Positions 10,201-21,844 of a DNA stretch of 38,894 nucleotides are shown here, one piece after another. Made by a program: the position numbers and the translations under genes. The notes beneath the pieces were generated by a model, which had not been told where the DNA came from, made no database searches, and was given only the letters and a program-made list of their open reading frames with translations. The stretch is from assembly GCA_013115145.1 (NCBI GenBank), contig JAAPAO010000329.1, positions 1-38,894 on the forward strand, written 5' to 3'. The stretch comes from Perkinsus chesapeaki ATCC PRA-425. Lineage: Eukaryota > Protista > Perkinsozoa. Each line of letters begins with the position of its first letter. Position 1 is the stretch's first letter.

Positions 10201-12482
10201 TCAGTTGCCAACATTTTTCCGATGCTTTTGATAGGCCCTTGTAGGTTATATTCTGACGGGAACGGTGGTCCCATTTCCTGTAACAATATTAATCAGCGTT
10301 CTTGCAACTACTCGGATGGACGTCACCAGCGGTCCAATGAATCCCTGTCTCGAATTTGGCGTGTCGACCCCAAAAGTGTATCGTCCTGTATGAAAGGGAC
10401 TTATTCACTGACCCGAACGGCGCTGGCTCACGCTCTTCTCGATCGATGAATTTTTTCGAAAATAAGTCACTTTTCTCCGGCTGCTCGTTCACACTTTCAG
10501 ACGCCACAGCAGCAGCATCAGCAGCTCCTTCGATCATTTCAATTGGTTTCGCACTCGACAGATTCTGAGAATTCTTCAGATCAGCTCAGTGTCTTCCGTG
10601 CCGACTTTTCCCGCATAATAAAAGCCTCTAGCCCCTCCAGATGCTCTCGTTGTTCCATCAGCCCATACAGCAGTAAAGAGCTGACCGCATGCAACATGTG
10701 TCACGTCCCTGACAAACTTCAAGTGTCTCTTTGGCCCTCAACCCACTGACCAACTGGACCATTTCTAGAATGCGAAAGATCACTCCGAGAACTGTGAACT
10801 TCTCATTTCTGCCATTCTACGATCTAACCCTTCCGATGACGCTGCCTTCATTGTTGGGTAGTCTGCTCTTGGCAGAAGGATATTTTTGACGCAGGTGAGT
10901 AACTTTCCTCGCTACTTGCAATTCTGGCCTTCGTATATTATATGATACAAAAAAATATGGTGACAATATTTTCCATGTTTTTGCTTGGAACGCCTTCAGC
11001 TGGCACTGCCAAATGGAACGGAAGCTCGCAGAGTGCTAAGACAGAATTTCCAACGCTTTGCTCCGGTAGCGAAGAAGACAAGATGGAATCCGGATTCGCT
11101 GTTAAGTTCCGCGATCGAACTCACTTGACCATATCGATCTTTTCCGGTACCCATCGGCTTTTGAGATCTCCAAACCCGAGTTGACCATGAGAGTTGAGAC
11201 CGAAGCTGGAATACAGTATTATAAATAGATAACTTGAGCTCACCTGTAGGCATATCCGCTGCCATCCACAACCACTGAGTGTGCCCAACCAGCAGCAATC
11301 ATGGATATGCTGGTGGAAGAACTGTCCTGATCTTAAAACAGAAAAGATAATCATGACACGCTTCGCTTCACAACCTCACTCTCTTTGTTTGTTGGAACTG
11401 GTAATTCCACAAAGGACGGCTGCTCCATCGAGGAGACCTTCCGAACGATCTAAATGAAATCTTGGTGCACTTACGGACCTTGCATTTCCTCAACGTACTC
11501 CCAGTTGGCCACACGTATTGTCGCCCCAAGCGACACATTGCTGTAGACCCGTGATACCGAGGCAATGGTTTCCGCCAATTGCTAAAGTGATAATCTAAAA
11601 GACATGCTCTTACTGGGATTCGAACTCGGAACTCGTTCCAACTTTCAGCTTGGTGAGTTGATTAGAGAATTTCGGTATAGAACTAACCAGGCCCAAATTG
11701 GCAGCTTCTCCGGCGAAATTATATCCCCAGGAGTATCTGACAGTGGTCTGAACAGCCCTGACTGCTACGAAGCGAAACTTACACATCTCCTCCTCGGGTT
11801 ATTGCAAAACATGTTCGACCACCAGCGGCTACGTATCGAATGGGGATGCCTCGGAAAGTTGGTATCTATCAAAAAACGCCACGCATGTGCACTTAGTCTT
11901 CATTCGGATAAAATACCTCCACCCAGACATTGTCTTTCCCAAGATGTCCTGCCCCTCCAAGGCCACGAGGAGCAGGGGGATGTCCTAGGCTAGTCGAGGC
12001 GCTGTAGACTCTCCCAGATCTACCTGGAAAGGTCGCGAGTTCGATTCCCGGCAAGAACACTCCAAAATTACCAAGTGCAATAACGCTACCCTCGCAAGTG
12101 GCTATCATTTTAATATCCTCTTCTATCGACAACTCAGAGCTAACGATCGAATTAGTATCTGAAAATGCCTCAGCCAGGAATCGAACCCAGGACCTCACTA
12201 CCGTCAATCTGAAGCAACGCGCACTTAACCGTATCGTGACCTGCGTAAAATGCTTTGCCAGAAGGCCTTTGTGGCGGACATACCCGAGGACGTCACGATA
12301 GAAACCGAAGAGCCAGACGATGATGAGCATTCAATCCTCGAGCCACTAAGACCCGGTAGATGAACGAGACGATCTTCTCGAGTACTCCTCAGCAAGAAGG
12401 CATCCCCCGATGAAATTAGTGCCATGCGGAGAATACAAAACCGTATGGAAGGACTGACGCCACCTGGGATGGACAAACGCAT
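7268..12482 (-). CDS. Large multi-exon protein: N-terminal RCC1 repeats followed by several IPT/TIG-like domains
   Basis: RCC1 motifs AIGGNHCLGITGLQQCVAWGDNTCGQLG, IAAGWAHSVVVDGSGYAYSFGLNSHGQLGFGD, VAAGGRTCFAITRGGDVYSWG. IPT-like motifs VKPRIASLNGGTAITLRVTG, VQLSLDEG, VQVSFDEG, LEVSLNDG, EVSVAIDGQHF. ATG at 12482, TGA at 7268. A single continuous gene is inferred. Confidence 0.72.
8361..8400 (-). other. 40-nt intron carrying TAATTTCGTGGCGCGTGAAG (antisense)
   Basis: GTGAGT..CAG joins KKPKIR/VILHKDG; motif on plus strand 8367-8386. Confidence 0.7.
8814..8861 (+). other. tRNA 3'-half-like element, antisense in a putative 48-nt intron
   Basis: ...CAT AGGTC CCGAG TTCGAAG CCCAG CAAAGGA C. The proposed donor GTCCTT is weak; removal would join GGR-M-YADSEM. 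Confidence 0.7.
9728..9774 (-). other. 47-nt intron that begins with a T-arm/B-box-like sequence
   Basis: GTGGG TTCGATT CTCCC CTCGTGT G TTTTT...CAG; joins FLNVQ/LSLDEG. Degenerate match. Confidence 0.45.
11595..11642 (-). other. 48-nt intron made of a tRNA 3'-half-like sequence (sense)
   Basis: GTTGGAACG AGTTC CGAG TTCGAAT CCCAG TAAGAGC A TGTCTTTTAG. Phase 0 joins LTKLK/IITLAIGG. Confidence 0.8.
12024..12071 (+). other. 48-nt intron made of a tRNA 3'-half-like sequence (antisense to host)
   Basis: CTGGAA AGGTC GCGAG TTCGATT CCCGG CAAGAAC A CTCCAAAATTAC. Removal joins VIAL-G-RSGRV. Confidence 0.82.
12159..12201 (-). other. 43-nt intron made of a tRNA 3'-half-like sequence (sense)
   Basis: GTAGTG AGGTC CTGGG TTCGATT CCTGG CTGAGGC A TTTT CAG. 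Removal joins ALLQID-D-TNS. Confidence 0.87.
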
Positions 12483-12546
12483 ATGACCACAACAAGGTGA
12501 GGATTATAGACAACACACACACAACAACATGCTTATGACATCTACA

Positions 12547-13035
12547 TTAGGTAGGACAACCTTTTAACCAGTCCACGTTTTCATCGTAATCCGCCGTAGT
12601 GGCTTCCGAGTTCATAATATTAATTTCCCCGTAATTATCAAACACCCAAGTGAAATGATCGACTCCCGCGGTTAGTGTTGGTTTGTCGGTCTCATGAAGC
12701 CCTTTCCTCATCAGAGCCTTCTTAATAAATGAAAAGAGGTCGCCGAATTTATGAGGGTCAAAATACAACTCTCCCTCATCGTCAGTAGCCACTTGAACTT
12801 GAGCGGCATGGAAGTGGCGAGATGCAACTACGATGTTAAACTCGGCTTTAACTTGAGGATTGTGAGGCTGATAATAACCAGTGAAGCTGACGGCAACAGT
12901 CTCGAACAAACTGTTTTCATCATGCCTACAGAAGGTCTTACCAAGAATACTCGAGAATATCTCTTCGGGGGTGCGATGGGCGGCAACTAACTGCAGCAGG
13001 AGCACAAGACTAACGATGGACCGAGGGAATGCCAT
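12547..13035 (-). CDS. Secreted-family protein
   Basis: Signal peptide MAFPRSIVSLVLLLQLVAA; SILGKTF...AVSF block shared with 13858, 14559 and 20100. Confidence 0.75.
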   Translation of the reverse strand: MAFPRSIVSLVLLLQLVAAHRTPEEIFSSILGKTFCRHDENSLFETVAVSFTGYYQPHNPQVKAEFNIVVASRHFHAAQVQVATDDEGELYFDPHKFGDLFSFIKKALMRKGLHETDKPTLTAGVDHFTWVFDNYGEINIMNSEATTADYDENVDWLKGCPT

Positions 13036-13857
13036 AATGTAGAGAATACAAATGCGCTGTGGTGAAAATAGTCGTTCCGTGTAAAATACGCTGATTAGGG
13101 CGCTGTAATGTGAGATGTAACATAAGCCAGATGTGCTCACTTTTAGCCAGTCTGTCATTCAACACGGGGGAGCGCGGATAAAGCAAAATACAGGGTGTTG
13201 CAAAAAAGGGCCCACCACCCTGGCATCTCGTAACGCGTGCGGAATTATTAGCAACACGGGTACCATTCGAGAGCTATCGAAGCCAAGGTCTTTGTAATTG
13301 CCGTACGAGTCACTTCGATACTCATCCTGCACTTCGAGCAATGAGCACACGAAAAAATGTCTACACAGGGAAATGCGCTAGTAAAGGATTGGGAATTTCG
13401 CTATCCTTCGTTGTTTAAGAAGCCGAATGAACCTTATGCAACATGTCACATTTGTAATACGGAATCTCAGGGGATGGGCCCTTTCTTTGCAGCACTCTGT
13501 ATTATTATCTTTATTTTCCCACGGTAAGTCACGATAACCAAGTTCACTAAAGCGTACAGACCAAACCGGTAATAAGGCGATAACGAATATACAACAGAAG
13601 AGTTGACAATCGGCTATACCGCCACGAGCTTGGATGGACCCCTAACGGTCTCGACAGTACTCGACCATTGGGCCGGTTACGAACGACTATGAAGTGTCCT
13701 GAGACTATCACTCCCTTGAAGCCATGGGTCAGCGTGTAATAAGAGGAGAAATTCCCCACTGAGGAGTCTCTTATGAATAGTGTTATGTTGAAGATTTGAT
13801 CAAATCAATACTCGTGATACACATATTCACATCACACATCCATGACATACATACATT

Positions 13858-14454
13858 TTAAGACACAACACATTCGCTCTGTCTTTTCTTTCCAATTACT
13901 GGCTTTTCTTCCACCAGAGCGATTTTTTTCCACACTACATTTTTCGGTTCTTTTCCAATGGTAATGATAGCGACTGGCACGCGGTCGAGGCTAGTGATAT
14001 CAACAGAGAATGCTTTATCGGCATTATGATAAGTATACTTGTAGAGCTTCGCATAGAACGCTTCCATACCTCCCCCCTTGTCCCCCTCACCGAGCCCAAC
14101 CGCCGGCCTTTGCGGTGGCAGCTCGATAACCCAGTGGTTTTGCACTTTCCCCGGTACAACAGGGAAGAACGGAGTTTTTAGCAACTCAGTGTAATTTTGG
14201 CGTAAAGAAGCCTTCAACTTCAGTGTCAGTTTAGCCTTTGGGTACTCCCTGTCCCTATCATCTTCAAATTGAATAGAAGAGCTCTCAATGAACTGGTTTG
14301 GTTCACACTCTTTGAATGTCTTGCCACGAAGTGATTCAATAAACTCCTTATCTATTGATATACCCTCTTGTTGATCAGCTGAACGCCGCCGCATACCAAC
14401 GGCCACATTACAAATGACCATCACGATGAGAGGACCTTTACTAGAGAACATCAT
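13858..14454 (-). CDS. Secreted-family protein with CaaX end (CVVS)
   Basis: MMFSSKGPLIVMVICNVAVG; ESLRGKTF...SSSIQF block; KTPFF; ends GKKRQSECVVS. Confidence 0.75.
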   Translation of the reverse strand: MMFSSKGPLIVMVICNVAVGMRRRSADQQEGISIDKEFIESLRGKTFKECEPNQFIESSSIQFEDDRDREYPKAKLTLKLKASLRQNYTELLKTPFFPVVPGKVQNHWVIELPPQRPAVGLGEGDKGGGMEAFYAKLYKYTYHNADKAFSVDITSLDRVPVAIITIGKEPKNVVWKKIALVEEKPVIGKKRQSECVVS

Positions 14455-14558
14455 GAAGGAGAATAAACCCTCGTGTGAAGCTATTGGGGGATGTATTGGC
14501 AACACAACTCAAACCCTATCCACAACAACAGCATGCCACATTAGTCCAACTGGGAAGT

Positions 14559-15041
14559 CTACAGGCAGATACCTGTGGAATACCCAAGACTGATATTCTT
14601 CACAATTCGCGGATTGCACAGCGAAAGCTTTAAAGTGACTCCGCCATCACGTGGCTCCATGACAGCAGCGAATGAGTTCTTAAAGTCAAACTCTCCGCAC
14701 ACAGAAGTTAAGAATTTTTCATACTGCTTCATATCGGGGGAGATCTCCCAGCCGCGGTAAGTCGAGAGGACTCGAGCGTACGGGCTTTCGTACTGGGTGG
14801 TCCCTTTTTTCTTCCCAAGCACTTTCACGAGAACACTGGCTTCCAGCTGAGATTTGTCCTGCTTCATGGGCCTGAAATGGACTGACGAGCGAGGTACCAT
14901 GTTGTTGAAAAGGCTCTCGTGAAACTTCGTATTTTCCAAATTCTCTTTGGCGAGACACTTAACATCATTCACAGTGCGGATCGTTGAGAGCGGTCTGAGG
15001 AGGGCGGCTAGGAGGATCGTCAACCAATTGGAGGGAATCAT
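14559..15041 (-). CDS. Secreted-family protein
   Basis: MIPSNWLTILLAALL; ENLENTKF...SSVHF block; YESPY. Confidence 0.72.
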   Translation of the reverse strand: MIPSNWLTILLAALLRPLSTIRTVNDVKCLAKENLENTKFHESLFNNMVPRSSVHFRPMKQDKSQLEASVLVKVLGKKKGTTQYESPYARVLSTYRGWEISPDMKQYEKFLTSVCGEFDFKNSFAAVMEPRDGGVTLKLSLCNPRIVKNISLGYSTGICL

Positions 15042-15128
15042 TGATTATCGGGAGACAACTCTTAAACATCCATCTTTGCCAAAGACCAACACAAGTGTTC
15101 TCAGCAAGGGACAGATCCGAATGTCATG

Positions 15129-16478
15129 CTACTCATTAATGACAATTCCTCGATGGCTTTGATTCAGCAAAGATATAGCAGCAAGCTGCCTATCCACTGC
15201 AACACCCATCATCGGATAAATTTCGAGGCGCGCTGGAACGCTCCGTCGGCCATCTCCAAGGCCAAGTCGACATCCTCGAATGACGTCCAGATGCTCTACG
15301 ATATCTCCATCGTGCCCGCCGTAATAAACTAATTTCATGGCGCGTGACGCTTCCTCCTCTTCTAAACGAGATGCCGGGCGCGTAAGCGCTGAACTGGATA
15401 AACTGCTTGTCGTCGGCGGTCGTCTGATTGATTGCGAGGATTCTGTACTGTGACGAAGCTCGCTAAGCCTCGGCAGTTCCGATGATGACAGCGGTGGCGG
15501 TGTGTTGTGCTCCAAACAGTCTCCTCCTCCTTTTTCAGATGCTTCAACAACAGGCAGTGATGTGGCGCTGTCAATGTGCGAGAATATTCTGACAATAGCA
15601 TTTGGTTGGAGAGGTTCATTACTCGGGCAAGCTTAATGGCCGAATTCGTTATTAACTGCGAAATACAATTCGGCTCAACCTCTCCGATCACCTCATCCAA
15701 TTTAGAATGCCAGAATGCCAACAACTCTCAGAATTTGAGTCTAGCAAATTGATAAGCATATCTCAAATCGCCTCCCGGCCGAAGTCAGAAGAAACAAGAT
15801 TTCGAGGCATTCAAAGCGGCAGATGAGTACCCGGTGTACTGTACGGCAGAGGACCAAGCCAGACAACTGCTCCTTCGACTCACCTCCTCCAGAGCACCTC
15901 TCTTTGCCAACGGTCTTTCTTATCAATCTTCATTATGAATTTCTCATTATTGTTCCGCTCTTTCATATGGTCCCGTTTCCCTAACAGCCACCCTCCTGGT
16001 GCTGTTGCTGACATTTTCCTGAAATCGGCACTTCCCTACGGATGATGTCTTTTGTTAGTCACTTCCCTACTCAGCATCAGATTGCTTGCTTGCCTGGGTC
16101 GACGGGAAGGATGTCGTGAATGGCCGTGCGGCAGCAAGTACTCGCTCTCGATTACGAGAAAAGATGAAATTCAACCCTGACCGATAATCGATCAAGCGAT
16201 CGATTTGGCCGGAGCATGGCACACCTTTGCTTTCCAATAGGATTTTCTTCTTCACCACTCCTTCAGCCTTCCGTGTTTTCGGTCTGTCGATTAATTTCGC
16301 CTCGCATAATTCGCGTGTCTTGGCCGAAGCCTTCAACTGCAGTTTGGCTAACACCTGCAACATGGTCGACTAGGCATGGCTGGTCAGCTATGCTCCAAGA
16401 TGCCATAGGGATCGCCAAACGAACGAGAGGCGGACAAATCGCCGAAGATTCTCCTACCCTACAGTAGTCATCTATCAT
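15129..16478 (-). CDS. Hypothetical multi-exon gene (limits uncertain)
   Basis: Chain of minus-strand ORFs with GT-AG breaks; no recognisable domain. Confidence 0.4.
15329..15367 (-). other. Putative 39-nt intron carrying TAATTTCATGGCGCGTGACG (antisense)
   Basis: GT..AG-bounded in-frame segment; motif on plus strand 15330-15349. Confidence 0.5.
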
Positions 16479-16511
16479 TACCGACGAGCAGGACGATAAA
16501 ACTGATAACAG

Positions 16512-19500
16512 TTACTTGAATGGCTGAGCCCCCATTTGATGGCGACTCGGCCAGCATTGTCGAGATACTCTGCTGGTGAGCCTCTCGCTGACCATCCTCG
16601 AGGGGAACGCCGCTGACTGATCCTTGAGCAGACGGCAATGCCCTGATGATGATGATGGTGATGATGATGATGATGATAAAGAATAAGTTATAGCACTCAA
16701 CTGTAATCACTTCTTACCTTCTCCTCTGATTCTTGCTGCCCTTTTTCGTTCCGTATTGTTCAGGCAAAGTCTCATTCACTGTAAGACTACACGCTGTCGG
16801 GATCCTCGAGAAACCTCCCATCGGCAATGTTGGCAGTTTCTCAGCCGACGAACTTCGATTCATCTACAATCCACCAGTCTCTACATTTTGCAGCCACTCT
16901 CACCGATTTCGTCTCGAACTCTCGTGCAAGGCAATCAAGACTTTTGCCCCAACCCGCCTGCCTTCGACGGTAATCACTATCTCCGAGGCTCTCCCTCAAC
17001 ATACGCCAAGACGCTTGTTGACGAAGCCTGAACTCTGGGAAAGATTCGCTTCTAATACCGTTGGAAAACGGCGTAAGCGGAGGGCCCATTTAATTTCTAG
17101 TAAACTGTTCAATCCTAGCAACCCGAATTTACCAGAACTCAAATCTCCACATTTTTGAGACACCCAATCAGTCACTCAGGAGGATCATGCTTCCCTCCGC
17201 CTTCTTTCCTCTTGCAAAGGTACACTTCCAGCGCAGACGGTTCTGTCTCGCGCAAGATCTCAAGTGAAGGGGCGCCGATCGCTCTGAGTTGCCAACCCAC
17301 TATAGAGAACAACCATACAGCTCTGTTCACCTGAAACCCTCGAAGGTTTCGCCTTCTCTAATAGCTCTGTCGGCGTCAAGCCAAAACTCCAGTTCTTCGT
17401 GGTTCAGCGGCCGTGCATGAACATGTGGCGAGGTTGCGTTTAAACGGACTAGCTTTCCATCAAAGGGCTGCAGAGACATGTACAAGCCCACCTATTCTTA
17501 TATCCTCCGTAGGCGCTACGAACTGCGGCATCCTGTGGTGCTCCAAAACGCCCTCGAGAACCTCACAATGAGCCCCGATGGCTTCGAAAAGCTCCGACTG
17601 TATTTGCCGAATAAATGGTGGCAGATAGTCATACACCGCAGCAGGGGTATTCTACCAGATCCTGTCATAGGAGCCAGACGCCATCGACAATCTTGCTATC
17701 TTACTTCATCTTGCATTTCCTCAACGCTTTCTATCCCATTCCCTTCAACCTGAATCTTCAAGTACTTCAGGGCTGTCATCATTCCTCGAGTGAGCATGAT
17801 AAACTTGTGGAGTGTTTGGTAGCCGCCAGATATACTCGAAACAACGAAAGTGAGATCCGCATTCTCATCAATTGACAAGTACGCGATCATTACCTAAGAC
17901 ACAACCAACCTAACAATTGTTATTTTAGGCAGCAGAAAAAGTGCAGTATCGGTTACAAACTTCCAAGCAGCTACTTCTGCAACTTCCATTTCGATGCGGC
18001 ACAGCATCTCCGAGAATGTCAAGTACGGCGTCATGATGGCGGGAGCTAAACCATCTGATAACTCGGCCGTGAGCATCTCTGCTATCATCGTCCAAGTGTG
18101 GGCGAGCTGATGGTGAGTTAGATGAGTCTCGAAATCGATTTTGTACTTGACTGGCGCACAGCCTGAGGAGATCCTTATCCTTTCCAAGGTCCCTTCGCAC
18201 AGTTTTCCCTATGACGGCCCTCATTTCCGGTAAGACAGATGAGAGGTTATCATCCGCAGTGCCTTAAAGAGAATACCTTCAATTATCAGCAAACCATACA
18301 TTTCTAGAAGGCTCGAGGTAGCAAGGGGGTGGTCCGGATCACGAACGTGCTCGGTAGACTCTTTAGAAGAATCAAGATTGCGCGAAGAGGAGGAACAGAC
18401 TTTCGCATGAGATTTGACTTATGTGGGCCTCATTGTTGTTGATTGTGTTATTTTCTAATAATTGAGTCAAGCAAGTAGGTCCGATGTCCTCCAACAACTT
18501 GAATTCTGACCACATGACCGCCCGTTGCTGAGAAGTGTTACTTCCAAGAAATTAGCGTTACTGATGTTGCTGGTGAGAACCAATAAATCCTCCATGGGTC
18601 CCTCTCTTACTCTTCTGCACTGCTTCAAACACCTCTTTATGGACCGGTGCAGACAATCGCCAATTATTGAAAAGCCGTTGGCGATGCTCAAAGCACGCCT
18701 GGAGGGTTCTATCCCACGAGAATGTCGTCGATGAGGTCATGTACAATGAAGCTCTGAGTTATCAGATCATGATCGGGGAGGAAGTTCAAAAAATTTCCGC
18801 AGTCTCGATCAGCCAATCAGCTGGTCCCGCGTCCCGAAAAAACTTCTAAAGCACCAATTTGCTGACTTTCAGAGAAAGCGATTTTCGAGGTTACAAAAAC
18901 CAGCCTCGCAGTTTGCCGGCGCACCTTCTCGAAGGTGCCCCACATAAGACGCAATAGATCGAGTACCACAAGACCGCCAAAGTATACATGAATTGAAGAG
19001 ATGAAGTTAAGTAATGTGAGGTGGAGCATCGTCGTCCATATTTATCAACCTCACACATTCGTACCAAATCAGCCACCTAGTACGATATCTCGCCTCCACA
19101 GCAATCATAACCTTACCTTCGCTTTAGACTTTCTTTGCCGATATCCTGCATGCCGCCTTCATAATGACAAAACAGAACGCTGTGTTTGAGCCACTCCTGT
19201 AGAAGCAACACATGTATCTCCTCAGGGGAGACTTCCCCACTTTTCCAAATCTCGCCGTCCGCAGGTTGAGCCCCATCGCCTCGCATAGACGAGATAAAAG
19301 TCTAACGCTCCCGGATGCGCTGGCCTCTATTCGGCCACCGTCTGACAAAATTCAATTTGACAATCCCATCTTCGTCCATTCCACTCACTCGGCCGTAAGC
19401 TTTCCCATATCTCGTTGAATGCTTGTTCAGGGTCTCTACTGACGCTCGAGCGTCGCCGCGATTGAGTGCTTCCTCGCTTCCTGTCTCCAGAAGGCACGGT

Positions 19501-19928
19501 AAGCTCCTGTTAAGACCGTGCTGCAGCGAGGGCCCCACCATGGTAGCCGTCCCGACCTCTATCCAACCCATATCCATTCGTCTTGGTGCCACATAGCCCA
19601 TCCGTTTGCTTTCATTCTCTCCACCGTTGCTCGTCCATGACATACTACTGCTGGCGGCGGCGGCCCCATGACTGCTATTATACGGGGCAGTATCACCTCT
19701 GTCAAACCTTACTCTTGAGACAGTGTCAAGCCATTCCTTGGCCGATTCTGACACGGATTTTCCCTGGAAGCAAAACCGCTCTCACTACTCCCCCTCGAAG
19801 CTTTCTACCCTCGAAGCGCAATAGTTGGCAAGATGCCGTTTGTGGTTGTCCGGTACGCCTGATCGAGCAACAAGACGCTTGTTCTCCGCCCACCAATGGT
19901 CGATTGCTGCTGGAGAAGCATCAGCCAT
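16512..19928 (-). CDS. Large hypothetical multi-exon protein
   Basis: ATG at 19928 (MADASPAAIDHWWAENK) splices to GKSVSESAKEWLD. Further minus-strand exons at about 19300-19750, 18470-18750, 17900-18190 and 16840-17090. 3' end uncertain. Confidence 0.5.
16644..16677. repeat. (GAT)n microsatellite
   Basis: About 11 units with one GGT interruption; poly-Ser on the minus strand. Confidence 0.9.
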
Positions 19929-20099
19929 TTAAAAATATAATAACCTGATACACAAAGGCTTAGGTTTAGGTGGGCCTCTATGGGCGTCGAGGAGACCAGC
20001 TGAGAACAGAGTTTCGAAAGTTCTAATAAAAGCCAACATCTCATTAATGAACTTTGTCAGAAAAAGCATTTTACACCAAGTCACCTTATTTGAATAAAC

Positions 20100-20606
20100 T
20101 CAATAGAGGAAGCTCGAAGACATCATCATCATCATCACATCACCTATTAAAACATGGACCTTTGGAGGGATGAAGCTATTATGTATATCGCCAACAACGA
20201 TATCGGCCTGGAGTTTGCCTTGACCATTTAAGCCTATGAATGCTCTTAGTTGGTGGGTAAGATAAGCGTCTACAGTGACATAATCGACGAACTCCTTGAA
20301 AGCCTTCATGTCTTCCCTGCTGTGAACTAATTCAGTACTATCAGTGGCATCGTCATAACCCTCCTCAAGCAGCAGCCATGGGCTCTGGTACTCCTTGCCC
20401 TTTGCAAAAGCCTTCTTCCCCATCTTAATATTGATTCTACCTCTCACCACGCCACCAGTCTTATCAAACCTGATCGAGGCCGACGCGATCATGTCCTTTG
20501 GTTTCGAGGAGCCAACGAATTTATTTCCCACGAGGGATTCGACCATCTTGAGAATTCTACCAGCCGCGGCCACAAAGGGTAGGGCGGCAAATACGAGAAA
20601 GCGCAT
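20100..20606 (-). CDS. Secreted-family protein
   Basis: MRFLVFAALPFVAAA; ESLVGNKF...ASASIRF block; YQSPWL. Confidence 0.75.
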   Translation of the reverse strand: MRFLVFAALPFVAAAGRILKMVESLVGNKFVGSSKPKDMIASASIRFDKTGGVVRGRINIKMGKKAFAKGKEYQSPWLLLEEGYDDATDSTELVHSREDMKAFKEFVDYVTVDAYLTHQLRAFIGLNGQGKLQADIVVGDIHNSFIPPKVHVLIGDVMMMMMSSSFLY

Positions 20607-20676
20607 TATAGAGACAACTGCAAAGCGATTGTGCAAAATTAACAACCAAAGACACTTGACCATTAACACCAATTGC

Positions 20677-21758
20677 CTAACATGGATCTTCTTCATCCTC
20701 ACTTTCCGAATCCAAACAACTTTCCATCCATCTCGACCCAGGTGGGTTCCTCCCTTGACAGCTTGTCCAACTCTTCAGCTTTCCCACTGCATGGTGCTTC
20801 AAGAACGACCCATACGTGCCCGGGCCGAGGTCTCCAGCACCGCTCTCGGGACTTGGTATTCCCCTTACTGGACGTGCTCGGCCAAAAGACCTACCACTGG
20901 TAAGATTCAACGTACTACCAACATCAGCAAGCCTCCTTCCTCTTTCCCTGAAAGCATCCTCGGTTATCGTCAAAGAGCACTTCGCCGGTGCCGCTCCAGC
21001 TCTGCCAATCGTAGCCATTTTAAATGATGGTGATGATAGGTTGGTGTTATAGGTACCAGGACCAGGTGTGAAGTCATCCTCGGGCAATGCCATGCCCGGT
21101 CTTACGCCACGGTCCCATGCCCCACTCACCGATCTTCTCATCTCGCTAGGAGTGTAAGCACAAGGGCCAGGCGATCGGCTAAGAATGCGAGGGAATCGGT
21201 ATCGAGTCTCACAACCCGCCTTCCGTCGGCGTTTCGGACATATCTGCATCGTACTGGGGATGTTGTACGACCATGGAGCGATATCAACGTTGACACCATA
21301 CATATCAAAGCTACCACCACGAGAATAGCGCTCAGCAAGGCTCCATCTCGGGCTGTTGGCGAAGCCTCCTGTCGACTGGAGGCTGGGAGAATAAGCATCA
21401 GGGCCAGGGAACTCGACAGACTCTGGAGCCGGACCAAACCGGAGCTCACGGCGTTTCCGGCAACTGGCAGCCGGCGACTTCTTTTCCACAGCACATTGCG
21501 GACGGCTGGGCGCGACCGATCCATGGGAAGGCCTTTTCCGAGGGAGAGACAGTTTAGATGAGACCTGAGCGGATAAGTGAGGAGGACTCCGAGCAAGTGG
21601 GCTACCTTGGGCCCACCGATGGGCCCTCGGGGACCGAGAATTCGCGCATCTTTGCCTCGCTTAAAAGCATCCATAAGCAGCGATGGAATGCCACTCGACC
21701 GCTTACCGTCACAACTATGCTCTAAAAGGGCTGATCGGCAAGCCCAAAGGGAAGACAT
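20677..21758 (-). CDS. SHIPPO/ODF3-like PGP-repeat axonemal protein
   Basis: Repeated PGPDAY, SPGPCAY, TPGPGTY and LGPGTY motifs; short 5' exon(s) from the ATG at 21758. Confidence 0.75.
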
Positions 21759-21844
21759 TGAAATAAGACCTCAAGACGGGCTGCCCACCGACAAGAACTC
21801 AATGAGATGAGAGAAGGAAACAGGGATTGCAATAATCAGTAGTA

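Noticed and set aside
11113-11124. Intron starting GTGAGTTCGATC
   Set aside because: Explained by the GTGAGT donor consensus plus chance; no C61 and no stem.
12159-12240. Possible full tRNA with a TCA (Sec or suppressor) anticodon spanning exon and intron
   Set aside because: No 5' acceptor strand matches CTGAGGC, there is no A-box, the stem is mostly G-U, and the region reads as exon GHDTVKCALLQID.
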